Positions 1-9,294 of a stretch of 50,028 nucleotides of DNA are shown in pieces. Location: assembly GCA_002633005.1 (NCBI GenBank), contig NMRA01000373.1:391459-441486 (forward strand), read 5' to 3'. This DNA is from Phoronis australis. Taxonomy: Eukaryota > Animalia > Phoronida. Under the pieces are notes generated by a model. That model saw only the letters and a program-made list of their open reading frames with translations. It made no database searches and was not told the origin of the DNA. Numbering within the stretch: position 1 is the stretch's first letter; each line of letters opens with the position of its first letter. The position numbers and the translations under genes are program-made.

Positions 1-37
1 CCCCCCCCCCTTTGCTGAAAACGTAGATCCGCCCCTG
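1..37. mobile_element. Right end of a GGCGGATC-type MITE, cut off by the window edge
   Basis: Poly-C followed by GATCCGCCCCTG, the same terminal motif as the elements at 1562-1892, 23208-23523 and 25566-25723. Confidence 0.45.
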
Positions 38-659
38 TAACTGGCAACGCTTTTATTTAAAACTGAAACAAAGTTTGTCTCATTAGATACATTTTGTAAT
101 GCCTTTGAAGTGTTCATGTGTGCAAAGGTTTTGAGAAGCCAGCAATAAATAAAACACTGTGTTACCGGTTTTTGATGCAATCAAGCTAATTGACAGGAAC
201 CGAGGCTTGTGGTACCGTATATCAATGCGTGTTGTCGGTGGCCGATAAATGGCGCGCACGTGGTAATAAGTAAAACAACACGCGAATACTTTAACAATAG
301 AATACGTCTATTAATTTGCAGCGTTGTGATTTACAAATTATAGATTACAATAAGTTGTGATACTGACGACTAAATGATTGAGACAAGATATCCCTACAGG
401 AAAAACTACTAATCAACAGTGTCACTGGTTTCCCGTAGCTACCGCACACGCTAACACAAAACAAGCCTCAACAGAACTAACACTCCAGAACAATTGACCT
501 ATCGCCAGGATTATGACGGACGGCTTAATTGGCCAATCAGAACGCAGCATTCTTGGCACACCTTCGTCTGCGTTTCCAAGCCGCCATTTTACCCGACAAA
601 CCACACGCAATCGAGTAAAACTTACTTTAGTCTATAGCTCAAGAAATTGTCCGCTAAGA

Positions 660-875
660 ATGGGGAAACGGTTTTGATATGATGTGTGTAGCACCGACAG
701 CCGTTATGCTGCTCCAGAATAATATCCCGTCATTTTTTGGCATGTCCTAAGCCGAAAAATGATGTTGAAAAGCGTAAACTATGGATCAAACTGTACGGCC
801 ACACGAGCAGCTGAACTAAGCGATGTTGCTCGATAACTCGAAGGCTATTATAAACACAAATATATTAGTTCCAGG
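660..875 (+). pseudogene. THAP-domain remnant (transposase N-terminus)
   Basis: Across stops and frameshifts it reads MGKRF*YDVCSTDSRY...PKPKNDVEKRKLWIKL...PHEQLN...KHKYISS, matching the THAP C-x-C...P...W...CS-x-H pattern. Confidence 0.65.
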
Positions 876-1561
876 ATACGCATTTTTCAGCTTGGTGACT
901 ATGGTGCAGGGCTATCTCAGATTTTGACTCCCGAGTTGACTACGTCTGGCCGCCTTTGTCTCGGCACCTGCTGGATCTCAGCACTCTAGCGGTAGTCCCC
1001 GGAAATTGTTGTTTTCAAGGACATTTTATTTTATGTTTTTTTGTTATTTATTTCAACATACATGTATTGGACATTATTTTGCTTCGTATCAGAGGTAAAT
1101 TTTTGTTATTCATAAACCGTAAGCTGGCGTTCAACTGAACTTCTCTCCCGGTCAAAATTCAGAGATTCGATCGGCACAGGGAAGGGCACTGGATTACTGC
1201 CGGAACTCAAAGCCTTGGTCGAGCTGTTGTCACCAAAAAACTGCTGAATTACTTTTTGACGTGTACCTCTAGTATACACTATGTCTGTATAATTAGAGAG
1301 AGCTCATTTTGAAGTTGTTCAAACATGATATTTAGATTTATGAAGTTTTAAAAAAGAATTTGAGTTATTTTTGTAAATACCCTATTTTTGCAACTACCAC
1401 ACCACACTTGTAATCTTTTGTAACCATACCACGACTTAGTGATCATGCTACCTTCAAAATTAAATGAAAGCTACCTCTATGGAACGAAACTACAAAAAAA
1501 TGCCAAGTTCATAAGAAAGTAGGCCCAAGTTAAATGTCTTAATGGTGCAAACGGACAATTC

Positions 1562-1892
1562 CATAGGCGGATTTAGGGGGGGGGGGGGGGCAGGGGCCCC
1601 AGCCCCCCCCCTTCGCTGCCGCAAGCAAAGTGAAACAGCAAGGGCGTGAGGAAATGTTGAGTTCACTAACTAGGACCGGTACCGGAAGAGGGGGGGCTTA
1701 GACCCCAGATCGTGCCGGAATCGTGTTCCAGTATTTTGTAGTCCACCGATAGATTTTCTGAACAGAAGGTCCAACGGTCTACATCCCTGGCCCTTGCAAC
1801 TTTCGGGCCCCCTGTGCACATACAATTGCACTTTGCCCAATTCCACAAGGCAACATATGTTGGCCCCCTGTGGTATCCTAGATCCGCCACTG
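1562..1892 (-). mobile_element. ~330 bp MITE with CATAGGCGGAT / ATCCGCCACTG ends
   Basis: Imperfect TIRs with subterminal G/C runs. AATTC on both sides (1557-1561, 1893-1897). Internally homologous, in reverse, to 23208-23523. Confidence 0.7.
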
Positions 1893-2254
1893 AATTCCAG
1901 ACATTAACTTTACTTAGACACAGCCCTAGACCTACCGGAGCTAACTGTTTGGCCAGGACGAGATGAATGTGTACCTGAGCAATGATCCTGAATTTTTTTT
2001 ATCAAAATATTTCGTTACAAGATAGAAAAGCGTAAACAGACGGTGCTATCGAGTCGACCTAGCCAGAGACTATAGAGCATGTGCTGCCTGTAATCTATGA
2101 CCTACTTTACTCCAGGAGTCCCACCAGTTGTGACCTACTTTTCATTTGGCGAAATTTAGCAGACAACAGAATAAAAATATCGGAGAATCTTCACTGATTT
2201 TATTCGAAAGATCATGAAATCTATGGAATCTTACAGATAATTCGACTTTAAGGT

Positions 2255-2500
2255 ACATACCCAGCTTTATATGAACATATCGTATAAGTGGTCTTGTCAT
2301 TTGTCAGGTGAAGGTAGCCCCGCGGCTGAGGTTCTTCGGATTTTCGCTGGCTCCTCGAGCACTTATTTTTTCATCGTCACCTTTACAAATTCCCATATCA
2401 TGAACTTACGATTCTCTGTTGAAAAGCATCACCTCTTGTCTCTGTCGAAGCGTTTTCAAATGGTGTAAAAACACTCATCGATTCCACCAGGAACGTCGTT
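2255..2500 (-). pseudogene. Remnant of the second, convergent ORF of the ISL2EU-like element (SWIM-like N-terminus)
   Basis: Frameshifted fragments ES*VHD and CSYKAG resemble the ESYVHD and CSCKAG motifs of ISL2EU accessory SWIM/YqaJ proteins (recalled similarity). Confidence 0.4.
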
Positions 2501-3128
2501 TAGCGACACTGTATTTGCCTCCGACATCTCGTTCGAATGTCGGGTATCACGTGACTTTTCGCATAGGGGCAGAGCTTGCGATAGGTCAATCACTAGTCAG
2601 TTCAAATTAACTAACGGGCTGAGACCAACTCCCGTGATAAATGTTTATACCTCAGTTGTCCTTTTCTCCTTGACTTTTTGGTCACAGAAGTTGCTCGTCT
2701 AGCCCCGGCTTTGTCTCTGTAGTCTGAAGTTGTCTTCCAGCTCTGGAGTCGTGCCCCGTAGTCTGAAGTTGTGGTCTATGGTGGATCCAGTCTGCCCTGG
2801 TCTCGAGAGCCAGTGCTTTAAATACTAAACTAAGTGGCATCACGCGATGCACCAAATCTGTATGTACAAAAATGTCCATCTCTCTATGACGAGCTATCTG
2901 TAACGAGCTAACTGAACACGCGATGGACCCACTCTGCATGTACATTTATGTCCGTCTCCTAAAAACTCAAAATTCTTGCATAGCTGCCACTATTCCTGTA
3001 TTATTGCATAACTGCCTCTATTCCTAGGTTTTCAACATCAGAGCACTATTCCTGGATTTAACTGCTACAGAGGTAGCATATCCCCTGAAATTTCGTGCAC
3101 ATGGAGGGCATAGCCTTATTATATTACA

Positions 3129-3140
3129 CTCACCCCTTTT
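3129..3140 (-). promoter_or_regulatory. Polypurine tract of the env-bearing Gypsy
   Basis: AAAAGGGGTGAG lies immediately before the TGTAAT start of the 3' LTR on the minus strand. Confidence 0.8.
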
Positions 3141-3516
3141 GTTAAGCCAAAAATTTACCTAATAAATATTTGGACAACTGTGCAATTCCCTGACAGTACA
3201 AAGTTTCTGCAGGCGATTATTATACAATTGTACGAGATATAAAGCGTAAAAAGTAATAAAACAAAAGAAGTCGTCAGTCTCCAAATAATCATTAAACAAT
3301 TTAACAAACCAAATCTCACAACCACTCCAAACTAATGCAATTAAACGAATATAATGAAATCACACACATATACATGTACATTAATAAATCCGTATCAATC
3401 CAACATTACGCTACCAATCCATATCTCAACTCAATAAATCAACGCAAAGCGTAATTATGCTACACTCCACCCCAAATCAACTAACTAAGAATATAACATA
3501 TTACTACCGACACCTG

Positions 3517-3654
3517 CGCCAGTAAAATGAGAGTAAATGTGTGAACTCAAAATACTTGTGTTTATTTATCGCAAATGGCGAAACCGGAAGGACTAACAAA
3601 AATAGTCAAACGAATAACTCGCGTAAAATAATAAACGGGAAACCAATAGTGGCG
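3517..3654 (-). repeat. 3' LTR of the Troyka-type element
   Basis: CGCCAGTA...TAGTGGCG, identical by eye to 8591-8728. AATAAA is present on the minus strand. Confidence 0.95.
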
Positions 3655-3776
3655 TAATGTCTCTTTAAGTCCTTTGAAGTAACACTTATCAGTCCTAAGA
3701 AAAAATCAGCACAATACATGTAATACACTTGAACTAGGATCGGTACCATCAAAGTCCAGGGAGGATACCATAACAC

Positions 3777-6700
3777 TTAATCAACCACAAAATCCTGAAG
3801 GTAGGTTGGAGGACGTTTGGTCCTGGAAGAGCGTCGCAAAGGAACGTCTCCCGTCAAGTCAAGTGTACCGCTCCTAGTATGACCCGCATCATTGGTAGGA
3901 ACAACATCATTCGAGGTGTGGGAAGGTTGACTCAGGTTTACTCCAGGAAGAACATCAGACACACTAGAAGGTGGTATCTGAGGTGCCGGCTGGGTTGCTA
4001 ATGGGAGCATTAATCGAGGGACATGATCTTCTTCATCATCGGTGAGGTCGTGGGTAACTGGACCGTAAAGTGAAGGTGTCTCTGAAGGGACCTTGTAACA
4101 TTCGGTGTCCTTTACGCGATAGGATGTAGATCGCAACTGATTCCCAATGAACTTCTGGACATTCAACCAGGTGTCATCCCGGCTGACCACGAGATAGCGA
4201 GGACGAGATCGTGTTTTGTCTCGGTCAGAATAGAGGTACACCAAGTCTCCCACATTTGCACGGCATGAAGGAGGGGCCTTTCGTAAAGGGGCTTTCGATT
4301 TCACGCTAGATTCATGGTTCTTTATGCGGCCCTGATGTTGAGCATGAATCATAGATTGGTCATCGATGGGTAACTGCGCATTAGTAAACTGATCACGTTG
4401 GAACCAAATTTCACGTGCAGATAATCCTCTGGAGCGTAGACGGCTATTGAGCCGAGCAACAGCAAGGGACAGTTGTAAGGGAGTGACTTTCCCATTACCC
4501 AAGTGATCTTTCAGCAACTCATCAGACAATTCGCGAACCGCCTTCTCTGCAACAGGGTTGTGGTTGGGGTTCTTAACTCGCCCTATCTCTAGCATCAATC
4601 TGTGGCGCTTAAGACTTTCATCGTTGCGGAGAGCCTGAAATCCAGGAGCAGGATCAGTGCGAATCACGGCAGGGGGACCATCCAAGGGTCGAAGCTCAAT
4701 ACACATCTGGAGGAGATTATCTCGCAAACTCTCAGCCCGTTCGCTGTCAATAATGCGCGCAAGTGTGTATGATGACACGCACTCACGAAGCACAAGGATG
4801 TCCTGTCGATCGCGTTTCATGACATCCGCAGCAAAGGATACACCTACAGCGGGGGGAGGATCCAAGGTTTCTTGGCTGACCTGGGTTTTGGGGAACGCAC
4901 GCAGGGAGCAACACTGATGACAAGACTGTGTACATCTATCAACTGCAGCATCTACGTCTAGGGCGTAGAAATAACGACGGATAACGAGGCGTAGTTGGTT
5001 TGCTGAGGGATGATCTAAGCGAAGATGCAAAGCTGTAAGGAGACCATCCAATACGGAACGTGGAACGATGATGCACTCGCGTCCAGATGAAAGAGGAGCA
5101 TCGCGACGAACGACCAGTAAGCCATCATTGGCGACTTTGGCAACATTCAGGTATCGCTTCACATCTCTGGCATCGGTTACCTTCTTGCTTGGTCGGGTAC
5201 CCTGGGTGAGGTGAGCATGAGTGCGGCGTAAGTCAGCACATTCAGCCTGAATTCCATGCCACGCTGATCGTGATGTAAATGGAAGTCTTGTAGTGCCGGA
5301 CAAGATGTCGTCAGATGACGTACGTAAAACCACGCACTCCTCGGTCGAGGAAATGAAGGAGCAGAGTTGGCACGACTGATCAGTGCATTCCGCACTATGA
5401 CGACTAGCGAAATCCGAGACAATGTTTGAAGCCCCAGATACATGGCGGATAGACGCCTGGAACCTCGAAACAGCAGACAGAAATGTGGATACCCTGGGGC
5501 TCACAGAAAACTCTCCTCTACACAAACGCTCAAAGGCCTGTACGCATGGCTTGCTGTCAGTAAGAACAGTGGCCCGATGGATCGACTGTATGAGGTAGGG
5601 GCTGAAGTGTTTCAAAGCAACAGCAATGGCCAGAGCCTCTATCTCGCAAGGAAGCCAAAGAACTTGACGGGCTTTAAGTTTGGCACTGAAGAAAGAGGCG
5701 ATACGAGGTTTATCGGACCTGGTGACATATAAAGTAGCAGCTATGCCAGGATGCTTTGCAGAAGCGTCAGTAACAATCCAAATGTGATCGTCGGGACGAG
5801 GGAGGGTGATGATCTTGTTCGTGGACAGGGCACTCTGCGCGGAAGTAAAAGCTGCAGACAATTCATCAGACCATGATATCTTATCTTTGGAGTCTTGGCC
5901 GGAAATCGCATCATCAAGTGGAGACAAATACTGAGAACAATGAGGAATAACACGGGCCAGTACTTTATAAGCACCAATGAAGGATCGCATCTGACGCACT
6001 GTTGTGGGCTTGGCACATGAAGCCAATGCGGCAACTCTGTGGGTGCTAGCTTGGAGCGTACCAGATTCCCAAATCCATCCCAGTATGGTGGTTCGCTTCG
6101 GGGCGATAACGGTCTTGGTAGCAGATAGATGAAGATCACACTTTGCTAGTGCTGCAAGAACACGTTCCCAGTTGGCCAACAACTCGGAGGGTGTTTGACC
6201 ACCGCAATACAGATCATCTGCAAGCTTGGTTACGATGCCTTCCTCAAGGAGGTGTCCAAGAACACGGGAGGTGAGTTCCTCTAAGGCAGTCTCCGACCCA
6301 GGCATTCCCATAGCACAGCGAGCGTAGACACGTACCCCGTGGAAGGGGGTAGCCACGCCACAATATTTCATAGACTCGCGTGAAAGAGGGATCTGGTAGA
6401 AGGCATTAGTTAGGTCTGTCTTAGCAAGAAACTTCCACTGGGCTATTTTACGTAGAACAGAATCAACGTCTGGCATAAGTGATGGTTGCGGCTTAGCATA
6501 CCTTCCCACATCCGAGAAGGCAGTCACAAGACGGAAACCACCGTTAAGTTTCTTAACCAAAAAGGACGGGTTGAGATACTCGACTTTCACTCCAACGTCT
6601 TCTGGTCGCACAAACACTCCTAGGGCCTCGAGTTCGTGGAACTTTTGCTGAAGTTCGTTGAGCTTCGATGGCGAGTACAAAGGGAGACGACCCTTACGCT

Positions 6701-8564
6701 GAGGTGGTTGAGTAGGGCCCATGTTAACGGACCCCTTGAAAGGGCCGGCTGCGCCATTGTATCCGGGAAATGTCGGAGAAAACATGGAAGCAAAATGCTC
6801 GTGGAGGCGTTCAAATGCTTCACGTGTGGCTTTAGGTAAGATGCCATCAGGATCCACAGAAGCGTATCTTTGGTGTTCAATCTTCTGTTCAGGTGGGGTC
6901 ATAGGCTGGGAGTCAGCTTTGGGCTCAGGTGCAAAAACGTGATGGATCTGACAAAACTGCTCTTCTTTACGGAGGAATTTGGGATCAGACGAGTCGTTGA
7001 TGATGCTGATCTTACCGCCATTAGGTTTCAAGATCTGAGGTTGTGGCCACAACTCTTTGGCACTGCACCGACGAGCACTCGGTGAATCGGATCTGGGCTC
7101 AATGGCAATTTCGTAATCTTGACCAACTAGTTCGGCAGGCACATCAAGGTCAAGGGTTTCTCCTGGCCAAACAACAGTAGGCTGAGGAGGGGAACGCAAG
7201 ACATGAGTACGACGGACGAGAGTCTGCTTTGGTCGTGGCTGAGTATGGTTGTAAAGGTACACACTGTCATCACCAACTCTGACTTCTTTCTTGATTGGTC
7301 GAACAGAGATATCATTCTTCACCATGAACGGGGTGGCTGCGAGAACATCGACATCCAACGTCTTGATTACCAATCCCTCAAAGGTAAGAGTGTGGCAGTC
7401 ACGGGTGAACAAAATCTTGGTTTCACCAATAACGTTAAGGGGGGATACACCATCCGCCTGATATGCAAACTGAGTGTTGGGGGCAATAACCGCACCAAGG
7501 GACTTGGCACAAGACTCACGAATCATGTTGCCTGTGGCACCGCAGTCAAGGGTCAAACGTACACTATGGCCATTACAAAAGGCATCGAGAAATGGGGACT
7601 GGACAATGTGAACACGATGAACAACTGGGTCCACAGGGGGAGTTACATCAAACAGATCTGTAGAGTCTTCGGGATCGTCGACCTCAGATGATCGTACCTT
7701 CGAGAAGTAACGCTTGTCTTCCGCAGGCAGAAACGGGCACTGGGACAGGTAATGATCGAACTGCGACCGGCGGGCCTGTTTACAAAGAGCGCAACTCTTG
7801 GTTGGTCGACGGCTGGGAAGAGATGGGGTACGACGGGGAGCAGAGGCCGATCTCATGACTTTGGCGTCTTCTAATGACTGGAGTTCGTCAAGTAGAGCCT
7901 GTAGAGACTGGGAGATGTCAGGTTTGATAGAAGCCAGGGTCTTGGATCTCAGCTCGGGACCATAACGCTGTTGTACGAGACGTGGAAGTCCGGGGTTTAC
8001 GAGGCGGAGCCACGTCAGGACAGCTAGGTTTTCAAGGGTGGGAGACATTTCGTCTTCGTCAGTGATGGGTAACCCATGGTGTAGTATAGTATTGTCAGGA
8101 CCAAGAAGATTGTCCTCAATAAATGCCATAATGCGTTGGTATAAGTCCTCCGGACGCTCATCGGGAAGAAGGCGTATTTCAGCAAAGTCCAAAAAGTGTC
8201 CACCCGAGGTTTGGAACCCATAGTGAGCACGTATGGTTTGCCAGATAGAGGCAAGCGATGTTGACTGCTTAATGATGGTGTTACGTGAAATAACTGGACA
8301 AAAATTCGCGATTTGTCCCAACATTAAGTTCAGATGAGTTAGTTTTTGGGCGGCGGTTCGGCGCCGCGCCTCAGGAACAGTGTCCGGGTCATTGAACAAC
8401 CCTCGTAGAGGGACCTTTGCCTTGTCCCAAGTAAAATCGCCTTGCAAAAAGTCAGCAAAGTTAGCGTCCAGCGATAAAACATAGGTTATATTATGTCTCC
8501 AATTGTCGAAGGAGTTTATAGTTTCGGATTTCGTCAGACACCACTGCTTGGGTGCCTTAGCCAT
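3777..8564 (-). CDS. gag-pol: Gag-Pol polyprotein (Gag with CCHC-like knuckle, protease, RT, RNase H, integrase), 1595 aa
   Basis: CALC-x9-H-x4-C; protease LDCGATG; RT DLTNAFYQ...MGMPGS...KLADD; RNase H VTDAS...EIEALA...LTDSKP; integrase H..H..CHQC, AADVM...RTDPAPGF...NPVAEKAV. Confidence 0.97.
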   Translation of the reverse strand: MAKAPKQWCLTKSETINSFDNWRHNITYVLSLDANFADFLQGDFTWDKAKVPLRGLFNDPDTVPEARRRTAAQKLTHLNLMLGQIANFCPVISRNTIIKQSTSLASIWQTIRAHYGFQTSGGHFLDFAEIRLLPDERPEDLYQRIMAFIEDNLLGPDNTILHHGLPITDEDEMSPTLENLAVLTWLRLVNPGLPRLVQQRYGPELRSKTLASIKPDISQSLQALLDELQSLEDAKVMRSASAPRRTPSLPSRRPTKSCALCKQARRSQFDHYLSQCPFLPAEDKRYFSKVRSSEVDDPEDSTDLFDVTPPVDPVVHRVHIVQSPFLDAFCNGHSVRLTLDCGATGNMIRESCAKSLGAVIAPNTQFAYQADGVSPLNVIGETKILFTRDCHTLTFEGLVIKTLDVDVLAATPFMVKNDISVRPIKKEVRVGDDSVYLYNHTQPRPKQTLVRRTHVLRSPPQPTVVWPGETLDLDVPAELVGQDYEIAIEPRSDSPSARRCSAKELWPQPQILKPNGGKISIINDSSDPKFLRKEEQFCQIHHVFAPEPKADSQPMTPPEQKIEHQRYASVDPDGILPKATREAFERLHEHFASMFSPTFPGYNGAAGPFKGSVNMGPTQPPQRKGRLPLYSPSKLNELQQKFHELEALGVFVRPEDVGVKVEYLNPSFLVKKLNGGFRLVTAFSDVGRYAKPQPSLMPDVDSVLRKIAQWKFLAKTDLTNAFYQIPLSRESMKYCGVATPFHGVRVYARCAMGMPGSETALEELTSRVLGHLLEEGIVTKLADDLYCGGQTPSELLANWERVLAALAKCDLHLSATKTVIAPKRTTILGWIWESGTLQASTHRVAALASCAKPTTVRQMRSFIGAYKVLARVIPHCSQYLSPLDDAISGQDSKDKISWSDELSAAFTSAQSALSTNKIITLPRPDDHIWIVTDASAKHPGIAATLYVTRSDKPRIASFFSAKLKARQVLWLPCEIEALAIAVALKHFSPYLIQSIHRATVLTDSKPCVQAFERLCRGEFSVSPRVSTFLSAVSRFQASIRHVSGASNIVSDFASRHSAECTDQSCQLCSFISSTEECVVLRTSSDDILSGTTRLPFTSRSAWHGIQAECADLRRTHAHLTQGTRPSKKVTDARDVKRYLNVAKVANDGLLVVRRDAPLSSGRECIIVPRSVLDGLLTALHLRLDHPSANQLRLVIRRYFYALDVDAAVDRCTQSCHQCCSLRAFPKTQVSQETLDPPPAVGVSFAADVMKRDRQDILVLRECVSSYTLARIIDSERAESLRDNLLQMCIELRPLDGPPAVIRTDPAPGFQALRNDESLKRHRLMLEIGRVKNPNHNPVAEKAVRELSDELLKDHLGNGKVTPLQLSLAVARLNSRLRSRGLSAREIWFQRDQFTNAQLPIDDQSMIHAQHQGRIKNHESSVKSKAPLRKAPPSCRANVGDLVYLYSDRDKTRSRPRYLVVSRDDTWLNVQKFIGNQLRSTSYRVKDTECYKVPSETPSLYGPVTHDLTDDEEDHVPRLMLPLATQPAPQIPPSSVSDVLPGVNLSQPSHTSNDVVPTNDAGHTRSGTLDLTGDVPLRRSSRTKRPPTYLQDFVVD

Positions 8565-8579
8565 GGTTCGTTAAGAACA

Positions 8580-8590
8580 CGCTGCCACCA
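8580..8590 (-). promoter_or_regulatory. Primer-binding site, tRNA-Leu-like
   Basis: TGGTGGCAGCG directly abuts the 5' LTR and is complementary to the CGCTGCCACCA 3' end of animal tRNA-Leu. Confidence 0.75.
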
Positions 8591-8728
8591 CGCCAGTAAA
8601 ATGAGAGTAAATGTGTGAACTCAAAATACTTGTGTTTATTTATCGCAAATGGCGAAACCGGAAGGACTAACAAAAATAGTCAAACGAATAACTCGCGTAA
8701 AATAATAAACGGGAAACCAATAGTGGCG
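8591..8728 (-). repeat. 5' LTR of the Troyka-type element
   Basis: Identical to 3517-3654. Confidence 0.95.
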
Positions 8729-8732
8729 CTGC

Positions 8733-9165
8733 CTACAGCTGCAGCGGGTGAGTATGCGGCGTGTGGAAGAAATCGGCCGCCAGCAGACTCTCGGTGATAT
8801 CTGCTACAGCCACGGGCATGTGCCTGATCGGCCGCACCCCTATCTCCACCTCCAACATGTACATGTAAACATTGATGAGGTCAACCTGACGGCTCCGCCG
8901 GTCATAGCGGACCCGTGCATTAGGTGACGTCCGCCTCACGTGGACAGCCCCACGACTGGTTGTCGCAGGGAAGTACCTCCAGTTCCCGCGTCATGCCTTC
9001 CAGGACCTTGGCGAAGTCCTCCAGAGATAAAATTGTGACGTCAGCACTTGGGTCTATCCTAAAACAAATCCATTGTCCCTCCACCGACGCGTCCAGATGT
9101 ACGGCGGTAGGGTCTTGTAGGTTGGTCCGGCGTCTTCCATCTTGTATTTCCTATAATAGTTCCAT
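8733..9165 (-). pseudogene. Extra retropepsin-like ORF remnant downstream of env
   Basis: DASVEGQWICFRIDPSADVTILSLEDF (about 9020-9100), then in another frame LEVEIGVRPIRHMPVAVADITESLLAADFF. These resemble the IDTGAxxTxxS and LLGxDFL halves of a retropepsin. Confidence 0.6.
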
Positions 9166-9294
9166 ATGTCTTATACATCTATACATTTTGTATGATGACT
9201 CTGAATGTTAATAAGTACTACCTTTATTGTCAACCACCCATGTATTGTAGTCTCTAGTGCGAGGGTTGGTAGTACTACTACTGATTGTCTGAAT

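Larger units (their letters stand above)
495..2588 (+). mobile_element. Internally deleted ISL2EU/PIF-Harbinger-group DNA transposon inserted in the 3' LTR
   Basis: TIR TGACCTATCGC...GCGATAGGTCA. AT is duplicated (493-494, 2589-2590) relative to the empty site CCAGAACAATCACTAG in the other LTR. Convergent THAP and SWIM-like ORF remnants lie inside. Confidence 0.8.
208..3128 (-). repeat. 3' LTR of the env-bearing Gypsy (~825 bp net, interrupted at 495-2588)
   Basis: 208-494 plus 2591-3128 align with 16547-16880 plus 17431-17882, with scattered substitutions and indels. Confidence 0.92.
3517..8728 (-). mobile_element. Intact young Gypsy LTR retrotransposon of the Troyka type (5212 bp)
   Basis: Identical 138-bp LTRs with CG..CG termini, CTG on both sides (3514-3516, 8729-8731), a single uninterrupted gag-pol ORF and a tRNA-Leu-like PBS. 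Confidence 0.92.

Noticed and set aside
1016-1542. Possible TTAA-type (Kolobok-like) MITE inside the ISL2EU-like element
   Set aside because: The ends (TCAAGGACATTT / AAATGTCTTAA) are too short and degenerate to support a call
3515-3516. TG before the Troyka LTR as a canonical TG..CA terminus
   Set aside because: It is absent from the other LTR copy, and including it destroys the CTG duplication
4657-8254. Short ORFs antisense to or overlapping gag-pol
   Set aside because: Shadow frames of a long coding sequence with no recognisable motifs
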